64,000 bases of DNA from Octopus bimaculoides (lineage: Eukaryota), in the NCBI RefSeq assembly GCF_001194135.2, contig NC_068998.1:40820127-40884126 (forward strand), given 5' to 3'. The notes below the pieces were generated by a model that worked only from the letters and a program-made list of their open reading frames with translations, searched no databases and was not told the DNA's origin. Of this stretch, positions 55,051 through 64,000 are shown in pieces; position 1 is the first letter of the stretch; every line of letters starts with the position of its first letter. A program made the position numbers and the translations under genes.

Positions 55051-56389
55051 AAACAGTTGATTTAATAAGAAACCCCAGTGCATGGCTTGTACTTATTATA
55101 TCAACCTGTCGTCTGCTTTGGGAAGAATGAAGATTGAATGGCAAAGTCAACCTGGGTAAGAATTAAATTCAGAGAATATTAAAATTCAACCAAATAATGA
55201 TTTTTAACATAAACACAAGGTCAAGAATTTGCAAGGAGGAAATAGTCAATGAAATTTCTTTCTGTACTTAACTGTTTACATCTTTTATTAACATGAGAAG
55301 GACAAAAGGTAATGAGAACCTTAGTAGAATTTGAATTCAGGACTATAAGCAAACAGAACGAATATCACAAGAATTTTGACTGACACTCTAACAATACTGC
55401 CACCATCCATCACTCTCACATCATGAAGTAATTGCTTCTAACTCAGGCAGGAGGCTAGCAATCTTTAAGGGTTAGTCAATTACTTCAATCTTAATGTCCG
55501 AAAGGATGAAATGCAAAGTTGACTTCAGCTGGATTTGGACTCAGAATCTAAAGAACTTGAACAAATTTGCAAAAATATTTTTGCCTGATGCTTGAAAACA
55601 ATTCTGTCATAATCTACTACGCTCACATGATATGAAATAATATATCATGAGATATGCAATGACATATCACATGAGATATGCAATAAACAAACATGATTGG
55701 TACAAAATCAGGACCATGCCAAGAGGTTAGGGAGGAATATGGATGAAAATATTGATCCTGGTACATGCTTTTTATTTTTATCAATGCTGGATTAATGACT
55801 GACTTTATCAATGCTGGATTGGAGTGATGAATTTGTAGAGTTGTTAGGCTGCTATAGTGATGGATAGAATATCCTGCAACATTTGCTTCAACCTTCTACA
55901 CACTGAATTGAAATCCCACTAATACCAACTGTACATATGAAAGGCTTCTTTCAGTTTCTGTCAATCAAATTCACCCACAAGGCTTTGGTCAGCCTAAAAC
56001 TATAGTTGAAGACACCCTCGATGCCATAAAGTGGATCTGAGTGCAAAATCATGTGGATGGGACACAAACTTCTTTATACATCTATGCTTGTATCTATCAT
56101 CATTTCCAATTTGTTTTCTATGCTGATGAGGGTTAGACTGACCATCAAGGCTTGAATCACTTCTTATTGGGAGCAACTGCTCCTAAGAACTGGTGTGTTT
56201 TGTATGACTTGTTGCCTTTCCCAGCTATAACCATTTTACAGAGAATACAATGTGCATTTTCTGATGGCACCGACACTAGAGAGACTGAATACTCCCCTGA
56301 GAGACAAGACATCACAAACCTACACTCTCTATAACCTTTTAACCAACCACTTTACAGTGTGTAAACTATGTAGAAAGCCTTGTATACAA

Positions 56390-56760
56390 TATTCATTTAT
56401 TTGTTTCAGTCATTTGACTGAAGCACCGTCTTGAAGGATCTTAGTTGAACAGATCAGTAAGCCTAGTACTTATTCTATTGGCCCCTTTTGCTGAACTGCT
56501 AAGTTATGGGGATGTAAACACACCAACACCAATTGTCAAGCACTGATGGGGTGACAAATACAGACACACACACACACACACATATAGATATAAATATACA
56601 CATAATGGGCTTCTTTCAGTTTCTGTCTGCCAAATCCACTCACAAGGCTTTGGTTGGCCCAAGGTTATATTAGAAGACACTTGCCCAATGTGCCATGCAG
56701 TAGGACTGACTCTGGAACCATGTGGTTGAGAAGAAAGCTTCTTACCGTACAGCCATGCTT
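56390..56760 (-). mobile_element. Full-length SINE family A, minus strand
   Basis: Reverse complement of the 12913-13318 organisation: tail at 56390, (CA)n middle, head ending ~56760. Confidence 0.8.
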
Positions 56761-56789
56761 GCTTCTACACAAAAATCTACCCAGGTATG

Positions 56790-57219
56790 GCTGTGTAAAG
56801 GAAGGCTGAGTTCTGTGGTTAAAATGTTTGCTTTGTGGGTTTAGGTTAAGTCCTACGGCATAGCATCTTGGGTAAGTATCTCCTTATATAACTTTGGTCT
56901 GACCTAAGTCTTGGTAGATAGAAACTTAAGGAAGCTTGTCATATATGTATATGCATACATGTGGATAGACATAAATATACAAGTATGTATATGTTGATGT
57001 CTCCTTGGTGTGCTAGTTGTAAATGAATGTTGCTTTCGAAAAAGCTGTCATTTGGTTGCAATTTTCTGTAAAAACATGTCTGGCCATTGTGCTGTTTGTG
57101 TAAAAATGACAAGCAGAAATATTAACTTACAAGAAACCCAGTGAAGATTGTCAACAGAAAGAGCATTTTCTCTGTCTCTGCAAGAACGGAAAAGTGATGG
57201 AAACTGAAAGAAGCCTCTG

Positions 57220-57256
<37 letters not shown>

Positions 57257-57585
57257 CATATCTTATGTGTGTGTGTCTTTGTTTGTCCCTCCACCATCAC
57301 TTAACAACTAGTGCTGGTGTTTACATCCCCATAACTTAGAGGTTTGGTAAAAGAGACTGACAGAATAAGCAACAGGCTTTTAAAAAATACATACTGGGTT
57401 GATACATTTGACTAAGAATTCTTCAAGGCAGTGCCCCAGCATGGCCGCAGTCTTATGACTGAAACAAGTAAAATCCACTCATAAAGTTTTAGTTGACCCA
57501 CAGGTATAGTAGAAGACACATGCTGAATGTGGGATTGAACCTAAGACCACACGAATGGGAAGCAAGCTTCTTAACCACACAGCCT
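56790..57585. mobile_element. Cluster of SINE-A copies in mixed orientation
   Basis: Plus copy head at 56790-56940, plus body/tail at 57190-57470, then an immediately adjacent minus-strand head at 57470-57585. Confidence 0.7.
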
Positions 57586-58195
57586 CTGTTAATAAATTAC
57601 GGCCTTGTGCCTATGTAAGAAATCAATATATTTGCAGTTTGAGATGTGTGCAATGATGTACTGCTGGACATACAGCAAGCCAGTGCAGTCAATGCTGCTA
57701 AACACAAAGGAGCACATGACAATGGTGGGGATGGTGGTAGTTGTTGCAGTGAGGATGATGATGATGATGATGATGATAATACACACAACGCACAGATACA
57801 TATATATATATATTATATTATATATAAACCAATTCATGGAAAAGACAGATACAAAAATGAACAAATACATTACACACACACACACACACACACATATATT
57901 AAGTTGTCAGAGTAAATCTTCAACTTACTAAAAATACAAACTAGGTGATACGATATAATTCAGGAAAATCATTGTTGATGTTTTAATGATCATTCTTTCA
58001 AAATATAAAAGGAAAATAAAATGCACTAAAACACACATACATACAAGTAACCACACAGAGACAATATGGTGCTGCAGGAAAGCTGGCTGCAGTTACTAAG
58101 ATGAAACCATTAGAAAACTCCGAGTGTAAATATGTATGTGAAAGTGGGCAGTGGCAATTTGAATGGGGTGGGTGTACACAAAATGAATATATATA

Positions 58196-58228
<33 letters not shown>

Positions 58229-58688
58229 ACTGAAATGGAGGGAACAACTACTACGAATATGGAAACTGACCTGCTGAGTCCCATCCGAACAAGAGAAGAA
58301 AATTCCATGGTTCATCGAGACATAGGTGTCGAATATTCAACTGGAGTGCAGTTTCCATGGTGTCTTTGCAGAGCAAGTTAAGAGGACAGCAGTCTCGCTG
58401 CACAGAGTGAAGAGCCAGCCAGTTTGAGTCGAGCTAATTTGACAGCGACACAAGGTGAGGTTTTTCAATAAAGCTGGCTCTTTTGTCGACTGATAGTAGA
58501 TAGGTAGAGCACCTTTGATGGATGGATACACAGTGGAGACAGCTGAGGATATGTATATATATAGTGATCATCGAAACAGAATGAATATACACTCGGTCTT
58601 ACACACACACACTGATAAAATAAAATACACACACAAACATATAGATACATACATGCAAGTACACTACACAAATATGCATATATATATA

Positions 58689-58955
58689 TTTCGTTTTTGG
58701 ATTTGGTTTGCAAGATTTTTTAATGTGATTTTGTGTGTTGAAGCATATTCTGTTGAGTCTGGGGAGAGTCATTTTCTTATCGTGCCTTAAATTTTCTTTG
58801 CATCTTGCAATCTTTTCAATAGTCTTGACTCAAGACTATTGAAAAGGTTGCAAGACGCAACGAAAATTTTAGGAAAATAAGAAATAAGTGGAGATTTTAA
58901 CGGTGAGTGTGTTAAATTTAAGGCACGATAAGAAAATGACTCTCCCCAGACACAA
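58689..58955. repeat. Nested palindromic (fold-back) element between (TA)n tracts
   Basis: Inner 40-bp arms 58789-58828 and 58830-58869 (3 mismatches, 1-nt centre at 58829). Perfect outer IR GTCTGGGGAGAGTCATTTTCTTATCGTGCCTTAAATTT (58757-58794) versus 58914-58951. Confidence 0.85.
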
Positions 58956-58957
58956 TA

Positions 58958-58991
<34 letters not shown>

Positions 58992-60054
58992 TCCCTTGTT
59001 TATAGGCATACACGTGGCTGTGTGGTAAGAAGCTTGCTTCTCAACTACTTGGTTCCAGGTTCAGTCCCACTGTGTAGCACCTTGGGCAGATGTCTGCTAC
59101 TATAGCCTTGGGCTGACCAAAGCCTTGTGAGTGGATTTGATATATATACATATAGACACACAAATACACTAGACATACAACATTTATAAATATGCCATAC
59201 ACACACACACATATATATATGTGCTACTTATAATACTTTGCAATCATTATGATGATGATGATGATGATCATCATCATCCTAAGTCCATTCTGACATCAAT
59301 TTGACGTATCTTTCCATATCATGGCAATTTGTTGTAGTCTTTTGTCACCTAGTATCTGGCAGCACAGAAAATTGGCCATCCCTGTGGCTCATGTTATAGT
59401 TTTTACAGCTTGATGCCCTTCCCATACTGTAAATTGGGCTGGGTGCATTTTATTGAGCCACTGGGTACAAGAGAAAATAGCTGCAGCTGGACCAGAGTTG
59501 CTCTACCCAGAATAAGTATTTATATTCAGAATTAGTGCTCTCCTAGAAAGATTGCCTCCTCATCTGGGGTTGTTTTCAAAATATCCATAAATACCCACTT
59601 TGTTGCTTTCTATTTTTGATTTATTTTGTATTGAAATGCAAGTTAGATAGTACATACACATCATAATTATATGTACATTATATATATATATATACATATG
59701 AAATTACGATAATTTCAATGTCGTGATTAGCGAAAGCGAAACAGGTCTCTTTCACTTATAAAATATATTAGAACTATGTAAATTGTGTGCATTTTCCTTC
59801 TTTTATTTTGTATCTATATATAGAATATGAGGGGTTTAGCTCACTTGTGATCTAAACGAATAAGTACGCTGGGTAAGTGCTATAGTTGGTCAACCATTAG
59901 GTTCCAAGATCACAACTAAGGCTGGGTGTAGGGATCTGTGTTAGAGTTCCGTTATAACATGTATATATTATATTAGAGGAAAAATTAAAACCAAGGCAGA
60001 ACGAGTACCTCAAGTCATTTAGAATAAATTAATTAGGGTAAGGTGAATTTGAAG

Positions 60055-60129
60055 TTTTACAGCTATTTCTGGGATAACCCAAGTAGTTGGCTAGCATATC
60101 CATGCGCTAGGTATTCCGTCATCAGACAC
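60055..60129 (-). ncRNA. Second hammerhead motif in the opposite arm
   Basis: Minus strand: GTGT-CTGATGA-CGGAATACCTAGCGCATGGATATGCTAGCCAACTACTTGGGTTATCCCA-GAAAT-AGCT-GTA-AAAC. Core and GUA triplet are intact; helix I is weakened. Confidence 0.55.
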
Positions 60130-60381
60130 GGCATGAATATTTTGGACAAGGAAAATTTACAGTTTACAAGAAATAAAATTTACAGTTTATAAGGAATAAA
60201 ATAGTAAAACAGTGATGCATATCTTCTTGGAAAAGATGAGTTGTTAACATTATTCTCCTGCATATATTCTTCTAACAACTTTTACTTTTTATTCTTCTAT
60301 TTTACTACTTTATTCTTTATAAACTGTGAATTTTATTTCTTGTAAATTGTAAATTTACCTCGTCCAAAATATTCACACCAT

Positions 60382-60456
60382 GTCTCTGATGACGGAATAC
60401 CCAGTGCACAGATATGCTAACCAACCACTTGGGTTATCTCAGAAACAGCTATAAGA
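60382..60456 (+). ncRNA. Minimal type I hammerhead ribozyme motif (probably partly decayed)
   Basis: GTCT-CTGATGA(60386-92)-long helix II (GGAATACCCAG...CTTGGGTTATC)-GAAA(60442-45)-C-AGCT-ATA-AGAC. Helix I is GUCU/AGAC and loop 3 is the palindrome AGCU. The opposite-arm copy keeps the GUA cleavage triplet (GAAAT-AGCT-GTA). Confidence 0.6.
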
Positions 60457-60533
60457 CTTCAAATTCACCTTACCCTAATTAAATTATTCTAAATGACTTG
60501 AGATGCTCGTTCTGCCTTGGTTTTGATTTTGCC

Positions 60534-60588
<55 letters not shown>

Positions 60589-61189
60589 AATCTTTTTAGG
60601 AATGGTGAATCTTGAAGTAGATAAAGCTATAAATAATAGCATGTAAATATTAATTAAAAATCCTTTTGGATGGAAAAAGCCTAAGGATGCTCAAGGTACT
60701 TGAACCCATATCTCCTGTAAACAGGTTTACTTTTTCTATCCAAAGGGGTTTTTAACCCAATATTTACAGCTCTATTTGCTTCAAGATTCACTCTTCCAAA
60801 GAAAATTTATTTCATGTTCTTAAAGTTTCTAAATTCTTATATCATCAAAACCAACATACATAGACCATACGCATGCACACACACACACACACACCTTTCT
60901 ATTGTTTTCCTTTTTTAAATTGCGGTTATCTATCGGTTGCAACTCCTGACAGACTCGTCACTGTTGTTTAGGTGATGGAGCAGGGTCTAAACTCAGAATC
61001 TTAGAGGATTTTAAGAATTCTATGCATCCACTGCCCTGGACTGGTACCTTTCTATTGATCCTGAAAGAATGAAATTCACAGCATGACCTTGTTGGGATTT
61101 GAAATTGGAATGTAGAAAATCAAAACAAATACTGCAAGGCATTCCATCCAACACTTCTATTTTTTCATGCTGGCGAAGATAGAAAGGGC

Positions 61190-61430
61190 CAATTCCATTG
61201 TATATGTTCTCTTGTCTTGATCCCTTGTTATCTCATTCACAATGTTTAGCATCCTGTAATCAGGTTTAATGGTTTCATCTTGTACAGGCCCCTTTCATCC
61301 TTCATATGTATCCCATGTCCCTATTAGTGCAGTCTTGTCTCTTGTACACAATGGATGATTTCTGGAATGTCTATTTTCTCTCATTGTTCACTCATGCTTC
61401 ACTGTTCCATGAATTCTTTTATTCTTTTAC
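61190..61430 (-). mobile_element. LINE 3' coding remnant
   Basis: The minus strand resembles the RRLxWxGHVxRM region of RTE elements (GAGACAAGACTGCACTAATAGGGACATGGGATACATATGAAG). Heavily decayed. Confidence 0.45.
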
Positions 61431-61765
61431 TTGTTTCTGTCATTTGACCATGGCCATGCTCCAAGACTTATTCTTTCTAAGCCTAGTACTTATTCTATCA
61501 GTTTCTTGTTGCTGAACCACTGAGTTACAGGGACGTAAACGCACCAACATTGGTTGTCAAGCAATGGTGGTGGGACAAACACAGATACATACACACACAA
61601 ATACATACATACATATATATATATATATGAGACGGGTTTCTTTCAGTTTCTATCTACCAAATCTGAGGATATAGTAGAAGATACTTGTCTGAGGTGCCAC
61701 ACAGTGGGATTAAACTCGGAACCATTTGTTTGGGAAGCAAGCTTCTTACCACACAGCCACGCATG
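61430..61765 (-). mobile_element. SINE family A, minus strand
   Basis: TTGTTTCTGTCATTTGACC tail through GGGAAGCAAGCTTCTTACCACACAGCCAC head. Confidence 0.8.
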
Positions 61766-62039
61766 CTGACATTACATTAACAGTGTATATATATATTTGC
61801 CTAATTTCTTTCCTACATTCACTCATTCTTCACATTCAGTGGTTATATCTCACTACCATGCAACCATCTCACTCTATAATCAAGCATTATATTGTCTGCC
61901 CCTTAACACAAAGAGAGAAAAATTTCACTCACAAGGAGAAACAACAGTTCATGAAATGTTTTCTACCCTGTCCTAATTCTAGTTACTATGTCATAGCACC
62001 TACTTTTAAACTGCTAATTAGGTCATATAGGTAACAGGT

Positions 62040-63750
62040 GTCATCTATCTAGCCTTCTGGGCAGTTGAAAGATTGTGTTCCATGAGTGCTCTTAAAACTA
62101 AGTGCTCCTGCTCATCTGTTACATATGTAGTAGTCTTTCCTTTGAGGTTGTCTGTTCGAAATTTAGTAGTACTTCTGTCCCTTTTACACATTGTATGCAC
62201 AATATAGAGTTCCTAACTAGTTGTTGATTTTTTTACAAACTGAGCACAAAGTTCTATAATTCATCATCATCATCGTTTAACGTCCGCTTTCCATGCTAGC
62301 ATGGGTTGGACGATTTGACTGAGGACTGGTGGACCAGGTGGCTACACCAGGCTCCAATCTGATTTGGCAGTTTCTACAGCTGGATGCCCTTCCTAAACAC
62401 CAACCACTCTGAGAGTGTAGTGGGTGCTTTTACGGCAGTACTGGCAACGGCCACGCTCGAAATGGTGTATTTTACCTGCACAGGAGCCAGTCCAGCGGTA
62501 CTGGGAACGATCTCGCTCGAATGTCTTTTCATGTGCCAGGAAGGCGACGTTGGTAATGATCACGCTCAAATGGTGCTATTTACATGCCACCGGCACGGAA
62601 GCCAGACAGCTGGTGCTCTGGCAACGATCGCGCTTAGACGGTGCTCTTAGTGCTCCACTGGTACAGGTGCCATCACGATTTCGCTTTCACTTGCCCCAAC
62701 AGGTCTTTGCAAGCCGAGTTTAGTGTTCGATGAAAGAGGGTGCCAGTCTACAAATTTAGTTCTAAAATTTTTGACTTCACTTGATTGACTTTTTACCTTC
62801 TCAACCCTGGAACTTTTTCTCTAATTCATTGAGTCATATGGTTATGAGAAGTAGTTCAGCAACATGTAGGAGCTCCCACTGACAGTAGGCCTTAAATTCT
62901 GCTATCATGGTCTGATAAACCGTAATAAACAAGAGTGGGAGAAGTTTGAGAACCGAGGTCTCATAGACACCTATCTGCAGGCTAAATTTTTTTAATGAAC
63001 TAATTGTTAAACTTTCTTTTTGCTGATCAGTAGTTCTGTTGGTAGCTTGCATGACTCTCACAAACCATTCATCTACTCCTAGTTTTTCTTAGTGACTACC
63101 AGATTACAGGGTGTGTTAGCCTATCAACAATTTTCTTCAGGTTAACAGATATTAACTCTTGGATGAGAATTTCTTCTGTATCTGTCTCATGAAAAATAAG
63201 GCACTAGTAGATCCTTGCATCTCAACTAAGCTAATTCATCAGTTTGATAGCCCAAGTAATGAAAGTAATGGACAAAGTTATATTGTAGTTAAGCTGCACT
63301 ATAACTGTCCCATCTGTTTCATACACTTCCTTTGCAATGTTGCTATATTTGCCAGTCACTGGAGACAACACAACTTTGCACTATTTGTTTGACTATGCAA
63401 GTGACCAGCATGTTACCTTACTTCACTAGATATTTCCAATATTCCAGTGATTACCCTTGATAATCTTGCTGCTTTCCCAGTTTGGAGTATATAACTTTTA
63501 CTAAAAGAAAGCAATTATTTAAAGTCTACACAGTCTCGAAAATTCTTATGAATTCCAATTTTATTACATTTTTATCAAAATGTGGTTTTCTAGTTTCTTT
63601 AATCCTTAAGATTTCATCTCCACAATTCATTTACAAAAACTAACCGTTATTCATTGCAAGATGGTGTTTTTTTGCACCTCTATCCATGACAAGGAATCAA
63701 AACAGAGTGCTGTCAGGGTGAAATGAAAATATACAGACACATTTGGGTGT
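62040..63750 (-). mobile_element. Degraded RTE-clade LINE RT, interrupted by a younger insertion at ~62258-62730
   Basis: Minus strand: SLRKLGVDEWFVRVMQA...FSLQIGVY...LLPLLFITVYQTMIAEFKAYCQWELLHVAELLLI (consensus LRKLGVDEWLVR...VGVHQGSVLSPLLF...CPWELLYADD). A Cys-rich RNSILCIQC segment continues at 62040-62250. Confidence 0.85.
62258..62730 (-). mobile_element. Retroposon 3' end with (ATG)n tail and internal ~55-65 bp degenerate repeats
   Basis: The tail ...GCGGACGTTAAACGATGATGATGA is nearly identical to the plus-strand copy at ~35960-36060. Four related units beginning GTACTGGCAACG-/GTACTGGGAACG-/GTTGGTAATG-/GCTCTGGCAACG- lie at ~62438-62660. Confidence 0.7.
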
Positions 63751-64000
63751 AGACATGGGACATAAAAGTTAAACAATACACATAATTAGGGTTTTTATTT
63801 ATTTGTTTTAAGCTGATGATTTAGTTTGTCACTAACCCAAATTTCTTTGCTTGTGAACAAGTCATTTGTTCCTGTGACAAAGAACTGAAGAATGCTTGCA
63901 TCAAATTTGAACAGATATATATATATATATATATATACATTCAAACCTTTGGTTTAATGTATGTTGTTTTTCCATGCAAGCATGGAATATATTTAATGAA

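Larger units (their letters stand above)
59971..60540. mobile_element. Fold-back element (~250 bp inverted arms) with a hammerhead-ribozyme motif in each arm; Penelope-like repeat
   Basis: Arm 59971-~60210 is the reverse complement of ~60290-60540 (e.g. CAAGGCAGAACGAG/CTCGTTCTGCCTTG and GGTAAGGTGAATTTGAAG/CTTCAAATTCACCTTACC). CTGATGA...GAAA occurs in both orientations. TA-rich or (TA)n sequence flanks both sides. Confidence 0.75.

Noticed and set aside
58059-58190. Plus-frame peptide ...AAGKLAAVTK...CKYVCESGQWQFEWGGCTQN resembling the Wnt motif AVTRAC...WxWGGCSDN
   Set aside because: It lacks the invariant Cys of TRAC, has no good acceptor or donor, runs into a (TA)n repeat, and no other Wnt exons are visible. 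Treated as chance.
59824-59872. 49-nt plus-strand segment with strong acceptor and GG|GTAAGT donor
   Set aside because: Stops in all frames, and it sits in repeat-like sequence next to the fold-back element. No support as a host exon.
62438-62660. Repeat-spacer-like periodicity suggestive of CRISPR
   Set aside because: The units are degenerate along their whole length, lie inside a eukaryotic retroposon, and have no cas genes nearby.
1-64000. Remaining 60-167 aa ORFs in the supplied track
   Set aside because: Most start at non-ATG codons, overlap SINEs, LINE remnants or microsatellites (poly-HT, RE, YI, SL translations), and show no recognisable domains.

Overview
This is eukaryotic, AT-rich, repeat-dense DNA with three N gaps. 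It is most likely an octopus (coleoid cephalopod) scaffold; that is inferred from recognising the SINE/MITE families, not from a search. It has no operons, CRISPR arrays, rRNA or intact tRNA genes, and I could not confidently name any host protein-coding gene. Well supported: a full-length dead mariner (DD34D, Hsmar1/cecropia-like) with TIRs and TA duplication nested in a SINE (40758-41982); a second Tc1/mariner fragment; several RTE-type LINE remnants; TTAA-flanked piggyBac-like MITEs; many tRNA-derived SINEs; and microsatellites. A sharply bounded CpG-rich domain (~42.0-53.6 kb) sits between CpG-poor flanks and roughly coincides with a switch in A/T strand skew. This suggests a promoter region with a long minus-strand gene running left through candidate exons at ~51.8 kb, 26.2 kb and 13.7 kb. 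The most interesting signal is a set of fold-back (palindromic) elements at 4.0, 58.7 and 60.0 kb. Two carry recognisable minimal hammerhead-ribozyme cores in their arms, as known for Penelope-like retroelements and retrozymes; the 60 kb one has an unusually long helix II. Repeat boundaries were read by eye and may be off by tens of bases.
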